53,124 bases of DNA from Thelocarpon superellum. Taxonomy: Eukaryota. Below are positions 22,882 to 37,194 of this stretch, in pieces. Each line of letters begins with the position of its first letter. The stretch's first letter is position 1. Location of the stretch: contig JAPEUG010000082.1 of the NCBI GenBank assembly GCA_026025795.1, positions 1-53,124 of the forward strand, in the 5' to 3' direction. The position numbers and the translations under genes were made by a program. The notes below the pieces were generated by a model. It was not told the origin of the DNA and made no database searches. It saw nothing but the letters and a program-made list of their open reading frames with translations.

Positions 22882-24175
22882 ATGTACAAATGGCATGCTC
22901 CCTCGACCATCGGGCGAGATCGGACAGCGGCTGCAAGCCTGGGACTGGTGGCGGATGGCATTGCCGCCTCCTTGAGGCAGTTTCGTCTCTCCCACAGCCA
23001 GACCGCTGGCACGGAAGGTGAGCCGGGCCGGCGTGTGCTCAAGCCCACGCCGATTCTTGACTGACAATGTCACTTCAGTACTTTCAGGTCGCCTTTGCTT
23101 CAATGGCAGACAGCTACGGTCGGTGACTTCGCCATGCTTGTGTCAATGCCTTCACACCTCATCCCGGGCCATGGCCGAGCCTCCCGTCTTTCGCTCCATC
23201 GACCTATCCCCGGGCGCTAGTTCCATGCCCCCACGCCCCCCCCAGACTCAAGGTTCTCATTCAAACGTCGTCCATCCAAGACCACGCCACCTAACCCCCG
23301 CCCTCGGAGCACGCGGCCTGCCCTTCCGTGGACGGGGCCTGCCATTGCCGTTCCGCGGCCGAGGCGGCGCCGGCCTGCAGAGTGCGGGGCGCTCACGCGG
23401 TGTGGGACGGGGGCGTGGGGGACGGCGCGGAGGAGCCTCTCGCGGACGAGACGGGAGAAAGCGGTCGGGACGGAGTGTTGAATTGCAAGAGTCTGAGCTC
23501 GAACCGGCCTACAGTCCCGCGGTGCAAGCGTACCTAGACCAGCGCGCGGCCGAGAGTCGACCCAAGCCTGTCCCATTCACGCCCGCGATCATCAACGTCG
23601 AAACCATGTCCGAGCTTCGACCAGCCCTTGCGAGTGGCGCGCCGGGACTCTGCAAGGATGTCGAGGCGCGCGTAACACAGCTCAGTGGCGACCGTACCGG
23701 GGAGCGGAAGCAGGCCGAGGACCTCGCGACGAGACTACTCGCTGGTGAACCCGTCACCTTCAGGGACGAGTCCGAGCAGGAGCACGTTCTCCGGGTGGCC
23801 CAGGAAATGGCCGTGCCACCACCCTCCGGCCAGGAAGTCGTAGCTGGCGCCGACCAGGCGTCAACGAAATACGAGGGCGAGACTGTGGGGTTTCAGCCGG
23901 TCGGCCTCGACGGCCGCACGGCATTGCTGGAGATGTGCGTGCGAGGAACGTACGAGGGACCGGAGGGAAGTCAAACCAAGATGGGAGGCAGCAGCGGCAA
24001 GCGCGGCAAGGGTAGCAAGGACGGTATGGATGGCGACGGTGTCCTGCAGGCCATCCACCGCGTCACTCGGCTCAACTCCACCTACCGGCCGCGAGAAGAG
24101 CAAGAAGTCATGGACCGCGTTCGCAACTTCCTCCCCAAGCCCAAACCTGCCGCCACAGCGCGTGCTCGTCGGTAG
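22882..24175 (+). CDS. Hypothetical Arg/Gly-rich protein, possibly mitochondrial RNA-associated
   Basis: Long ORF 23018-24175 with RGRGG repeats. GTGAGC..CTGAC..CAG intron (23018-23087) links an upstream ATG in frame. Start and function uncertain. Confidence 0.6.
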
Positions 24176-24353
24176 CGTGGTGCATGATGTGGCCTGTCAC
24201 GATGTCTCTCTTCTGCCAGTCTTACATCCACCTCTCCCCCTCTTCTCCTGTACATAGCTATAAGAGGGATATCTCAGACCAGTGTCTGCATCTATACCTG
24301 CAACGAACCCCCGCCAACACGCGCACCAACACCCTATACCCAGTTCTTTCCAT

Positions 24354-25376
24354 CTAAGACCCCGCCCCGCTCAAAGCACGCTTAACAGCATCGACGACCC
24401 GTCGCAGCTCCGCCGTCCCACCCTCCACGAGCTTCTCCATATCCTTACCCGCCCTTCTCAAATCATCCGGGCGCACCTTCCGCTCGAGCTCCAGCCGCCG
24501 CAGCCGCTTCTGCTGCGTCTGCCGCGCGTTGCGCACCGCCGTCTGCGCTGCATCACCCGCCCTGCTAACCTGCGCTAGAGCCGCCTGGCGTGATTCTTGC
24601 GACGGCGCTGCCACCGGCAAGAGCAGGTGCAGGCCGTTTTGCGGGTCGGGTTGCGGCGTCAATGAGAGCGTGGAGCCTTGAATGCTGCTTTGGATTGCTT
24701 TGAGGTGCTAGAATATGCAACTATTAGCGTGCGTGTCGATGGTACACTAGAGGGAGGGGAGAGGGAGGAGGTGGAAAAGGGTGGATGGTACAAACAAAAG
24801 GAAGATTGCATGAAACGGAATTGAAGCGGAAGGGTCTGGCGAACTAACCTCTTTCTCTGCCACCATCACCACCATCGTTCTCCCGCCCCTCGGTACAACT
24901 TGCGCCACATCTCCCAACTTGACTACGCTCTCCTTCACTCCCTTCTGGAGCTGTACCTTGAGGTTGGCAAGGGTTTCGGAACTCAACCGGCCCCCAGCAG
25001 CCCGGACGCGCGCGAGGTCATCCGCAAGACGCTGAATCGTGCCGTTGATGGAGGCATTGAGAGCGGCAAAGTCAAAGGGATCGTCTCCCTCGGACGTGGC
25101 GTCCGTCGTGCTTCTTGTCGTGGAGGTAATGGGCCCACGCTCGTCCCTTTTTGACTTTGATCCCTTCTTACATAGGACGGAAGTGCTGCTGAATGCTCCA
25201 CATGGTATGGGTCTTGTTGGAGGGACACGGAGGAATCGGTCGGACGGACGACTGCTCAGCAGTGAGAGAGTCAGGACATGGGACCGCGTCACGGAGCTGG
25301 GGCTCTTGAACCCAGCGACAAAGCCCCCAAGGCTGCGGGATGCGGCGTGGGGAGTTCGCAGGCAGGGTTGCATCAT
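24354..25376 (-). CDS. RRF1: Mitochondrial ribosome recycling factor
   Basis: Presequence, then LARVRAAGGR, VKLGDVAQVVPRGGR, one intron, LTPQPDPQN, VRNARQ, RPDDLRRA. Confidence 0.85.
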
Positions 25377-26805
25377 TCCGTTTGTAGCTTTTTCTTGCGA
25401 AGAGGTGCTTCTTGCATTGTGCCACGCAGGTCTTAGTCCGGTTGTAGAGACGCGGATCTCTACCTTGCTGTCTAACGATGGTGCTTCGGCTCACACAGTT
25501 GCCTTGGTCGAGCTCTGTCGTGGGTTCCCCGGATCGGCCGCACGAATTTCCGTTGCTTTGGGTGCTACTACGGTACACATTGTTGGCCGCGCCACTGTTG
25601 CAACGCTCGCGGTCGGGTAGGGAGGCCAGTAGCGATAGGACTGTTAATTGACTAACATATGCTATCTCAGTCCCTGGGGCCTAAGCTGCTCCACTACTAC
25701 GCTAGGTCACGCGGCGTGGCCGCGCAGCTAATCTTATGTTACTCCTGACAGCCACTATGTCTTCCTCGTCCACTGTAGCTTAGATATGGCTTTTGCGGCT
25801 CACCACTCTCGAACGCTCTTCTCCTCTTCTCTCATCTCAAGAGATGCGGACCAAGAGTCTGTGCTGACGAGAGCTACCGACGCTTAATCAGGGCAGGTCT
25901 ATGCACTTTGTCAACACGCATGGGCCAAGCCACGGAGCTGAGGTCCGTGGTGGTATTGCCGATGGCCTTTGGCACGATGGGCCTTGGGTAAGCCTGGCTC
26001 CGGGTAAGCCTGACTACTAGAATCGCCAAAGTCAAACTTCGTCTTCCTCCTCGAACGTCCAGATCCGAACCTGTCACGGGCATAGCACCGTACCAGACCT
26101 GATCTAGCACGACTCATCAAGCCATATCCTAGACTGTGCAATGGCAGGTCGCATGGACATTGCCAGCTACAGAGACACCGTCATGTGATGGACTTTGTAG
26201 ACTACTGGACAAGTCGTTTTTAGAGGGGGGCATAATTCACGCTCGGTACCGACCAAGCCTTGCACCCAGCGTTTCTCAAAGCCCTGCGATTCTACCATTC
26301 AAGGATCCGTCGATTTGGAAGATGAAACGAAACGGTACGCATGCGGCTACTAATAATACTCGGCATGTGCCGGCAGACCACGTTGATTTCGTCCGTGACT
26401 CCTGTCGAAGCGATGCGTCGATGTCAATGCTGCGTGAGAGCCAACGATGAAGTTACACGGTGTCACTCGGCGGATTTAGCTTTCCAAGGCATAAATCTCT
26501 CGCGTCGGCACGATCGCCTGCCTGAATCGTTCAAAGCGCTTCCTGCCATGCGTTTCTCGGCCGTGCCGGCTGGTACCATAGATCGATGGCGCCATGCAGA
26601 CAATCTGCTATCGAGAGGAGCGTGGGCCACTGCCTCGTGGCCGCGAAGCACTTGATAAAGCGCTCGTCCCCATAGCACTCGAGTCGGACCATCTCTCTAC
26701 CTGCGCGCTGCTTGGCCCTGCCGCTTCCGTTGACAGGTTGACAGATTGACAGGTTGACACGCGCTCTCGCCAGGCAATCCGCCACGACGGTCGGTCAATG
26801 TCAAC

Positions 26806-27508
26806 ATGGTTCAGATCCTCGCGCATCTGATCCGGATCATCGCGGCCAGCGCCGTGCTCACGCACGTCGCCGCCCAGCAGCAGAGCAGTGCCCTGGGCGC
26901 TGACCGGGGGCATTGCCACATCCCGTCGGTGAAGTCCGGCCAATGTAATCATGACGACTGCCTCGAAGCCTCCCAGCGTCTACTGGATCGCCTGTGGGAC
27001 GGCTGGGAACGGATCGAAGATAGCGCGCGCAAGGGTGTCAGCCACAATTACACCCGCTTATTCGAAGGCGGAGATGCGAAGAAGTATATGGGCTACCCTT
27101 CCCCGATCAATGCCTACCCTACCCCAACCGTTGCCTACCTGGCCGGGAGACAGGAGGCAAGGATCCAGTGGAAGTGTTGCACGGCCATCTTTCAACTGGC
27201 CCGCCAACCGGATCCGGTCGAGGGCACCAATTGGCCTCCGGTCGACTTGACGCCGAACCAGGTGTCGGATCCGTGAGTGTCTCGCCCGTCCTGCCGGCCT
27301 CGGGCGCGGAATTGCTGACATGCGGATTAGCTTCAACGACATCATCGTGAAAAATAACAACAGTTGCGGCTACGAAATCCGTAACGGCGCCATTTTTCTT
27401 CTCACGGCACAAAGCGACTACTTTGACCACTACCCCAACCTCGGCTACGCCTTTCCCGACCAGGACTTGAACGTACTCGGAGAGAAAAAGAACGACTTGG
27501 GAGATTAA
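26806..27508 (+). CDS. Small secreted cysteine-containing protein (~214 aa), effector candidate
   Basis: Signal peptide MVQILAHLIRIIAASAVLTHVAA. GTGAGT..CTGAC..TAG intron 27273-27330 joins ORFs in frame. Six Cys. Confidence 0.7.
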
Positions 27509-27681
27509 AGCATGACGGAATGGTGGCACTGGGATAAGATTTCAGGCCATGTTTGGGGGTCCACATCGTCCTTGCTTGAAAGAACATATCTTTCACCGTA
27601 CATACTCCGTCTCCGTACATAAGGTGCCTTTCACCGTGAGAAAAAGCAAATCATCGAGCATGAGTTCCAATTACCCATCTA

Positions 27682-29448
27682 TCAAACATTAGACCCACGA
27701 TCGACGAACGAGCCAAGACCAGAAGCCGGCTTCGACAAGGGCCCCTCGTCCTCGACGGCATCGGAGGGACTATATCTGCTGCGGGCGCGAAGTTTGGGGC
27801 CCCAGCGGAACAACAGCCAGGGAAGGGGAATCAAGGCCGCTGAGATGAAGCCGAAGAGACTGTACGCCCAGGCTCCGGTCAAGCCCATGATCACTGCACG
27901 TGTCAGTATGGAAAGCACAGTAGCCTTGCTCGAGAATATCTCACTCTGGACGATGCAGAGCGGAATGGCTGCTGCGAGGAGCAGACGGAACGAAGCCACG
28001 GCCGTGAGGGCCGACAGTGTGCCTCGCGGCGGATAGGCGTCGAAAAGATAGGAGATGCCGGAGATCTAAAACGACCGGCATTTGGTTCAGCTGTGAACGG
28101 AGAACGCCAAGACGCAACGAGGCTCACCAGCACGGACATATTGCCCCAGACGTAGAGCAGCGTGCCGAGGATAGGGCTGGGCGAAGGGATCTTCGGATCT
28201 GCGGTCCAAGCGATCCAAAAGAGCGACGCCGTGATGAGGAAGCCCCCGACCATGGCAGGGTAGAGGCGGTATTCGATAGGGACTTTTCCGTTGTGGTTGC
28301 GGATCATGAGATGTGGATGGGTGAGGCGATCCATGGTGATGGACATGCCAGCCGCCAGCAGCGCGCCGACAGTGGCGGCGATGAAGGCGAGCCCGACATG
28401 TTGCAGGGTGAAGCCGTAGGTGGCGGTCAGCACCACCGGGATAGAGATGAAGGAGAAGATGACGGCGAAGTTGAAGCCGAGGTACAGCGCCGTGCCGATG
28501 ACGATCGGCTCGGTCACGATCATGCGCAGCGGCGTGAGGAGCGTGGTGTGTAGCATCTGCCCGAGCGTCACGCCGCTCTGGGCCGGCGCGAGGCGGGCCT
28601 GTTGTCCGTGGCGGCGGGCTCGTCGCGCGAGTATTTGTCGTCCGTACGTCTCCGATTGTCCGATCCCGAGCAGGTACGCCGCCACGCTGATCATGAGCGT
28701 CACCCATTGCGTCCAGCGCCAGCTGGTGGCGGGCACGACGAAACCGCCGATGAGCGGTCCTGTGGTGGATGAGCGATGGTGTGGTCTGAGAGGACCGGAG
28801 GAACATACCGCATGCCGCTCCTACGTAGGACGCAAGGGACAGCACGGAGTAGTAGGTCACGGTGGCGTCGGCAGACCAGATATCGGCAAAGGTGCCCTCG
28901 ATCAGCGCAAGGCATGGGCCGCCGAAGAATCCGGCAAAGAAGCGGCAGACGGCGAGCGAGGTAAAGGTCGAGGAGAGACCGGCGCCGAGGACGAAGAGAC
29001 TGAAGATCGGCAGGCTGATCAGGTACACCGTCGCGCGGCCGAATAGCTCGCTGAGATGCGGCGTGGTGATGGGGGCAAAGGCGATGCCGAAGAGGTAGAG
29101 GGAGAGTCCCAACACGGCGCGGGTCATGGATACATCGAAGTCCTGAATCACGCCCTGAATGCAGGCCGTGTACGCCGTCGCGCCGAACCCCCTACTTCTC
29201 GTCAGGCCAGCCACGGAGGGTGCTCGTCCGCAGCGTACGACTTACACGGCAAACGTAAACGCAAACGCACACGCGGTTGTGTATAGTCGTCGGTGCAAGG
29301 ACCAGTTCATGGGGTTGTCGGGGTCGTCCCTGGGCATCTGGTGGCCGATAAGGGGAAACTGGTCTTCCTTTCCGCCATCCTTCATCATCGTGGGGCTCAT
29401 GTCCCTGGAGGGTGCCGTCATGGTGGGCATGTTCGATGAGTCCGACAT
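27682..29448 (-). CDS. MFS transporter, DHA1 (drug/polyamine:H+ antiporter) family
   Basis: DDPDNPMNWS, LSELFGR, CRFFAGFFG, WRWTQW, ETY, PLRMIVTEPI, PIEYRLYPAM, WGPKLRARS. Confidence 0.92.
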
Positions 29449-30800
29449 GGCGTATCAGTGCCAAGGCAGGATTACCAGAATCTGCCCTGGGTCAATGGAT
29501 TAAATAGCTGGAGAGGTCTTAATTGAACTGTAATTGACATTGGAAACCCAGATCGACGAGGAGAGCCTCGTCGCCGCATGTGTAGGCGCGCAATGTCGCG
29601 GCGAGAAGACCGGATACGACTCCATCGTGTCAGAATCAGGCGCAATGTGGAGGATCACTCGGTCAATAGAATCTGACACGAAGAGGATAATTCCAATTCC
29701 CAGTGCAGTAGCGGCGGCGGGTGCGGGCACTTCTTGATCTAGTGGGAAGCGGAGCGGAGCACAGGTGCTTCCCTACGCTCAAACAGCCCTTCCCGAGCCC
29801 AAGACGGCTGAGGCGTCCGATGCCCTTGTGAAGTTCGCCACGACAGATTGTCCACAAGCGAGGGGATACGAGGCGGACGACGCATATCATGACCGGGAAG
29901 TATTTGTAATAATCGAGATCGACGTCGGAGACGCCAAACTGCATGCGGGACACGCAGCTGCAACCGGGGTCAGTGGCGGCCGGAACTTGCCCTCGATGCA
30001 GGTGGCATGATTTTCGACGTGGTAGTAAGTCGAACAGCAATTTAGGGAGAAACGCCGTAGTTGACAAATGAACGACTCCATCTCCAGCATCGACCCGTCT
30101 TCTTTCCGTTTGACAGGTGTCATGGCGGTCCCTGAGGGCCGGCCCGGTCTTTGGTAGCCTGTTGGTCGGCCACCAGAACCACCTAATGTGCGATAGGCGG
30201 AGCCAGAAACAATGCCACAGTACTATGCTGGAGTAGTGCTCCATCCTCCGTCTCCGTAGCAGAAGTAGACATTGCTTCGCACGAGCGCCGCCCCGCGCCT
30301 GCGCACACGCGCGCCCAGCAGCTCACACTTGCCTGAGACAGAGGCGGTTCGAGCGCGGTATAAGACTGCCATTAATTGTCATCACTTACGAACGCATGGT
30401 CGGGTTGCACAATGGCCCGGATACACCCCTATATCGCCCGCTGATCATGCAAACACCACGGAGTGAATACGACGTTCTATGCGGATCATCAATTTTGTCG
30501 TGTAATACGCACTCCTAGATCAGACGGGATCGTGCGACGGCAGGTCAGAAAAGCACAAGATCCCCCTCTACGGAACGGAGCCAGCTGTCCTATCTAACAT
30601 CACACGTGGGCATTGCATCCGATCGTTGAATTGCGTCATGATGAATCATCGTGATGCATTGCCAGCGAGCGCAGAGAAAGGGGCGGTAAGGATCAAAGTG
30701 ATCGTCATCGCACCAGCGGAAGAAAGATGTCTGACTAGAGTGGTAAGAGGTGGTGCGTGCGGAAACGGATGTTCCGTCGACCCGCTCGGCGGCAGCATCC

Positions 30801-32198
30801 TTAACGGTAAGTCATGGCCTTGGTGACCAGACGTTTTAGCGCAAGCTCCTTTTTCTTCAGGTCGTCCGAGCTCGACTCCTCCACCTCCAGCTGGGCCATG
30901 GCATCGCTCAGCGCCGTTTCGATCTTCTCCTTGGAGCCCCGCTTCAGCTTCAACGACATGGTCGGGTCCGAGACAATCTCCTCGACGCGCGAGATGTAGG
31001 ACTCGAGCTCTTGTCGGGCCTCGAACTTCTTGCTGAAGGCCTCGTCACTGGTCTTGAACTTGGCCGCATCTGCCTTGCATTAGCGCCGATTCGTGACCTC
31101 CGCACATCGCCCGCCCACACATACCTTCAATCATCGTCTCGATCTCTGTGGATGAGAGCTTGCCGACGGAGTTGGAGATGGTGATGTTGGCGCTCCGACC
31201 TGACGTCTTCTCCGTCGCTGTCACCTTGAGGATGCCGTTGACGTCCACCTCAAACACGACCTCCAGCACCGCATCTCCAGCCTTCATCGGCGGGATCGGG
31301 GCCAACGTGAACTCGCCGAGAGAGGTGTTGTCCTCACAGTTGACGCGCTCGCCCTGGAAGACGGGGAACTGCACCGTCTGTTGGTTGTCGGCCACCGTGG
31401 TGAAGGTGCGCTTCTTGATGGTCGGGACCGTCTGGCCGCGGGGCACGACCGGCGCAAAGATGTTGCCCTCCATGGCCACACCGAGCGAGAGCGGGACGAC
31501 ATCGAGGAGTAGGAGATCATTGGTCTCGGCGGAGTTGGCCTTTCCGGACAGGATACCCGCCTGCACCGCGGCACCATAGGCCACGGCCTCGTCAGGGTTG
31601 ATGCTCTAGGAATGATTAGCTGATTTGGGTTTCCACTTTCCATGGCTCGTACCTTCTCCAGCTTCTTGCCATCGAAGAAGTCGCTGAGTAGCTTCTGTAT
31701 CCGCGGAATCCGCGTCGACCCACCCACAAGCACAATCTCGTCCACCTTGCTCTTGTCCAGACCGCTGTCCTTCAACACCTGCTCGACCGGCGCGATGGTG
31801 CTCTTGAACGCAGTGGCATTGATGTCTTCGAACCGCGCCCGCGTGATCTGCGCGTTGAAGTCCTCACCATCGAAGAGCGAATCGATCTCGACCGTCGTCT
31901 GCGCACCGTTGGAGAGCGTTCGCTTGGCCCGCTCACACGCCGTCCGGAGACGACGGAGCGCCCGTGGGTCGCCGGTGAGGTCTTTCTTGGTCTTGCGCTG
32001 AAACTCCTTCTTGAAGTGGTCGAGGAGGTTCGTATCGAAGTCTTGACCGCCCAAATGGGTGTCGCCCGCGGTCGACTTGACTGTGAACACGCCACCCTGG
32101 ATGTGGAGCAGCGACACATCAAAGGTGCCGCCGCCGAGGTCGTAAATCAGGACGTTGCGCTCTTTCTCCGACTTGCCCGACCCGAGCCCGTACGCGAT

Positions 32199-32230
<32 letters not shown>

Positions 32231-32981
32231 GCACGTTCAAGTTGGCAATGGCCCCGGCGTCCTTGGTGGCCTGACGCTGGTTGTCGTTGAAGTACGCGGG
32301 CACGGTGATGACGGCCTTGTTCACTTGCTTGCCCAGCTTGGTCTCCGCGACCTCTTTCATCTTGAGTAGTCGGTCAGCCATCGGTCCCACTCCGTGCCAG
32401 TTCCCCGCCGTGCCCCGCTCACCTTCATCAACACCATCGACGAGATCTCCTGCGGCGAGAAGGTCTTACGCTCGCCCAGGTACTCAACTTCGACCATCGG
32501 GCTCCCGTCTAGATCCACAATCTTAAAGGGCCACGACTCGATGTCCTTCTTAACGGTGGGGTCATCGAAGCGCCGGCCGATCAATCGTCTGCCCTCGTCA
32601 GACCCACGCGGTACCGCTCAGGGGCGCATAGCTCACTTGATGTCAAAGACCGTGTTCATGGGGTTCATGGCCGCTTGATTCTTGGCCGACTCGCCAATCA
32701 GGCGCTCCTGGTCCGTGAAGGACACGAAGGAGGGGGTTGTGAAGCTCCCCTGCTCATTGGCGACTGCAAGTGGGGCTTGCGTTAGCATGCCTGTGTCGTT
32801 GGGGACCGCGGACGGACCAGGATCGACTCACTGATATCGACTCCGGCGCCTTCGTACGTGGCCACGCAAGAGTAGGTCGTGCCTAAAGACCGTCAGGTCC
32901 ACACACCTCATCATGGGGATCCGCTGGCCCAAACCCACCAAGATCAATGCCGACGGCACCATCGTAAACGCCTTCGGCCAT
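30801..32981 (-). CDS. SSB1: Ribosome-associated Hsp70 Ssb
   Basis: [50 protein letters not shown]-terminus [17 protein letters not shown] without EEVD. Confidence 0.95.
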
Positions 32982-33471
32982 GATGACGGCTTGTGCCAAC
33001 AAGGGTCAAGTGGGGTAGAGGGAGGGTAATGGTGCGAGAGCTCGGGAGACCAGGAGGGGTCTGCAGACGTGAAGTTGATGCAAGTCCACAAAGGTCACCT
33101 TGTGCCCATGACCGGACTCTTGGATGTTGGCTCAGACAAACTTCCGAAATTTTTCGTAAAGTCGGCTACGGAGTGTGCGCGACGCTAAGTACGGAACGTC
33201 ACAGGTACGCCCATGGCCGAATAACCCCACATAGCCGGCGTCGGCCTGTCGCAGGGTGATGTAAAGCAGAGAGTGGGACGGTAGTGGGATTGGAATTGGA
33301 ATTGAAATTGAAATTGGCCTTGTCCTCCACGCCTCCCGGTCTAGACGGGAGTTCCCAAAGAGGTCTCCTTGCAATATAACGCCATGGTCTGGGTCCCAAC
33401 ATGGTTACGGATCCATCCAGTGACCCCGCCACGCCAACGCCACGGTCGCGCCGGTTGCCTCGAACGCTCGC

Positions 33472-36342
33472 TTATCCCTTCAGGAGGTTCACAAACACCG
33501 TGATCTTCTCCAGCTCCACATCTGGGCCCGAGCCGACCTTGGGCGTCCCCCGGACCGGACCCGCGACCATCTCCACCTCGATGCGATTGACGCCCGGCAT
33601 CAGCTTTAACTCATACAGCGGCTTTCGGAGGTCCACCTGGTTCGGGGGCTGCGGCATGGGGTTGAGTCGTTGCGCTCCAGCGGTGAAGAAGAGCCTAGTC
33701 TGTCGGGTGGCCATGGCGGGGGCGATGGTGGGGACGAATTGGAGATAGTAATGCGTCGGTGGCAGGTTGATTGTAACCGACTGCTGGCAGGCCGTGGGCG
33801 AGGCAGGAACGTCGAGATGAAATGCGCGGGGGATCTTCAACCCTGGGTGGGTTGAGATGCTGAGATTAGAGATGAGTGCATCCGATGCGTCTGTCGACAT
33901 TAGCACGCAATGCTCCTTTTGCCGGGGACAAACATCACCCCCACCTTTGCCAGGCTGTCGCCACCTCAGATCGACTCCGGTGGTTGGGGGGTGTGGGACA
34001 TTCGGCGGAGCATGGTTGGCCACCGCCGGAGGCGCCGCTGGACCCGCCACGACCGCGGCCGACGTGCTCGATGGGGGGAGCATGGTCGACGCGGCCAGGC
34101 TGGGACTGCGGCTAGCGGGATTGGCCTGCGCAGCATCCGCGCGCGTGGCCCCCAGTGAAGGCGAACGAGCCGGCGTCGCCTCGTTCTTGACCGCAGTGGC
34201 GGACAAGGCGGGCGATGCAATCGACGCACCTTGACTCGAGCTTGGAGCTGGCTGCGTAGGTGCGACCGCGAGGACCGAACCGCTCGCCGACGAGGCGCTT
34301 GACCCTACTCTGCCAGCACCGTTCACCCCCGCCTGTACATGCTGCTGCTGGCGTTGCAGGGCGTCAACATCTACAGCCACCGGAGGCGTCCCGATGGCCG
34401 TCGCCGATGCTGGCGTCTTTTCCGGACTCGCCTGCTTCGCCGCCGCCCCGCCCACCCGCAACATGATCTTCTGTGGCGGCAGATCGGGGGACTTGACCGC
34501 CGACAGTTTCAACTTGAGCCGCTGCTGACCACTGGCGTCGCCGTTCGTCGGCGCCGGGTCAGGCACGAGACGTTTGATCTTGGTCATCCGATCCTTGAAG
34601 AACGCCTACGGGCCACGTGAATACACGATCGACTGAAGGGGATACGCTTGCTTACCTCAAGCTGGTCGGCCAATTTGGAGATGTCGCTACCATCCTCATT
34701 GTACTCTCGTGCATTGCGCCAGATCAGGGACACGTGCTCTTCGAATGCCTTCCAGCTCTTAAAATCCGACGAACCCGTCGCATCGTTGCGACCGTGAACG
34801 CCTCGCACCTTTTTCTCGATGCGCTTCAGCGATTCCGGTGTCTTGATGATGGCGTAGTAGTCGGCCAACTTCCGCGACGGGAGATTTAGGAAGGGTTGGG
34901 AGATTTCTTGGTCACTGCGGGAACATTCAGCCGAGGAAATCATATAGGAGGGATCCGTCACCTACTCCGCGTCTTTCAAATTGATCATGTCGGTAATGAT
35001 CTGTTCCTGCGCGAATTGGAAGCTTTTTCCGCGATAGACCGATTCCACGTCGCTGGCAGTAGGAGTAGCGGTGGCAGTGGTCGCAGCGGGTGTTGCCGCT
35101 TGGCCGTTGGTCTCGTTCGCAGGAGCCGAAGCCTGGGCGGAACTATTGGCGCGCAGGGATCGCCCACGGGACGGGGCCACCTCCTTCTCCACCTTTGGCT
35201 TCGGAGCCTCTTCCACCGTCTTCGTGGCCGGAGGATCCGCCGGAACCGGCGTGCCGGCATTGGTCGCTTCGCCGTCCCCCTCACCCGGTAAAGGGGTGGG
35301 AAAGGCGGTATAGTTGGGGTCTTTGTAGGCCGGATTGTTCTTCGACATGAAATGTGACACCATCTTGCGGATCCGCTCGGCGTCGGCAAAGATCTCTGAG
35401 GACCGTTCGTTGTATGACTTGGCATTAGCGACCATGCGCTTGACGTCGCTCTCGACCGTCGTCAGGGTGGGATACTCTTTTCGGCGAAGCTTGCCCTGTT
35501 CCGCCGATCGCTCGTCAACCGTAATTCTGGCCAGACTGGCCGACATGTTTCTTCGGCCACGACGCTGGGGGACACGCATGTGCCTCGTACCTCAATCGTA
35601 TCGAGCGCCAACGGCATGACGATGGCCTCATAATAGTCAGGGAATTCGGCCTACGCAACGGGTCAGCAAGAGGTGCGACAGTAGACATCATAGCGAAGAG
35701 GCAGCTACCTTGTTGGGGAGGCCGAGGAAGTTGGTTGCAACGAGGCGGCCGCTGTGCAACACCATCAAGGTCAGTATCGTGACGAAACAACGAGACGATG
35801 AGGGCGTATGATCACGGTGGATGTGGGATAGCATCCAAAGCGAACGCGACAAGTCAGAGCGATGAGATGATGGCACCACTGACCGTTTATCTCGAGCTTG
35901 TCGTGCCTGCTCCAAGAATCGGAGGCCGCTTTCGGTCGTCGTGTCGGGGGTCTCGCCATTGGAGGGGCCTTTGTCCTAGACATGGCGAATCGCCGGCGTC
36001 AGTAACGGTGATGCATATCGCTTCCGACGTGGAGGGCGACGTAGTCGTGGCCGATGAGAGGACGGCGGGAGAATGGGAAACTTAAGTGAAGCACGGCATC
36101 GAGCGGTCAACGATTAGAGGCTTGGTCAATCGTAGCGAAAGGCGCGTCGCATCTAGCCCGACAGCTACCTTCTCCAACTCCACCTCTCTCTGTCATTGTT
36201 GACGTGACCACCGCCTCGAATCGTCCATCGTACGCTCACACAACCCCGCAATTGCACTCACCGGTAACTTTCGGCGCTTCATCGCGCGATCTTCAGTCTC
36301 GGGCGACGCTGCCGCATGCGAGGCTTTGCGCTTCGACTCCAT
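33472..36342 (-). CDS. Tandem-bromodomain RSC-type chromatin remodelling subunit (Rsc4/polybromo-like)
   Basis: Two bromodomain segments (DYYEAIVMP..MVANAKSYNERSSEIF and DYYAIIKTP..IWRNAREYNEDGSDI). C-terminal PGVNRIEVEM..EKITVFVNL. Confidence 0.85.
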
Positions 36343-37194
36343 TGCACCGCGCGGTCGAGGTCGCGCGTGACTTTGACGATTTTGACGGCGTGGCGATCGA
36401 CGGCGGCGCGCGCCGATGCCACTGGGCGAAGTGATGGATGCGTGTGCAACGTCCCGCTGGCTGGGTCGACGCGAGATGTTGTGGACCTTGCGACGAGACG
36501 GGATCGCCGAAGCTTTGGCGAGCGGAGGTGTAAAGGCGAAGTCTCTGGTGGTGGTACCGACCACGGAGGTATGGCGGACTCGATGAACGCCGGTCAACAA
36601 GGACGGCAACTTTCACTTGCACTCATGTGATGACCTTCACTTAATCACTGACATCCATATCCTGACCTGGCCTTTCGGGCTGGGCAGTTAATTGCCTGAC
36701 CGAGGCGTGCACAAGGGCCAGACGTCTTTCGCTGTAATCTGCATTGCACACTACGGCCACCACGACCGGGGACAAGCCACAGGGCATCCGCCAAAATGTG
36801 GCTGGCGGGACACGTGACCGGCAGGCGCCAAGTCGGCCGCAGGACATGAGTAAACAATGAACCCCACCAAGGATCATTCGCCGTGTGCTCTCAGGCGAGA
36901 CGACCACAATCGCTTTATTGTGAATACGCGTTATCAGACGAATGTTAAATCCCAAGTGACGATTCACTGTTGTGCTCCAATCCCACGATCGATGCAACAT
37001 CCAGATCGGGGACATCTCTTAACGCGCGTGCCTCCCCACGTGTTGTGTTGCTGCCTTGAACGACCTGCTCTTGCCGCTATCGCTCTGCGAGTTGCTGTGG
37101 TCCTCAAGGCTCCACCCAATTTGCGACCTCGTCCGCTCAAGTCCATCCCTACTGCCTCATCGCATTTGACCGCCTAAGCGACGTAGCCACAAAT

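Noticed and set aside
32884..32939. C-box (ATGATGA) and D-box (CTGA)-like words in the first SSB1 intron
   Set aside because: The intron is only ~56 nt and the CTGA is the branch point (CTGAC), too short for an intronic snoRNA.
33287..33318. (GGAATT/GAAATT)n tract between the SSB1 promoter and the bromodomain gene 3' end
   Set aside because: A simple microsatellite that does not form the alternating nGAAn/nTTCn pattern of a heat-shock element.
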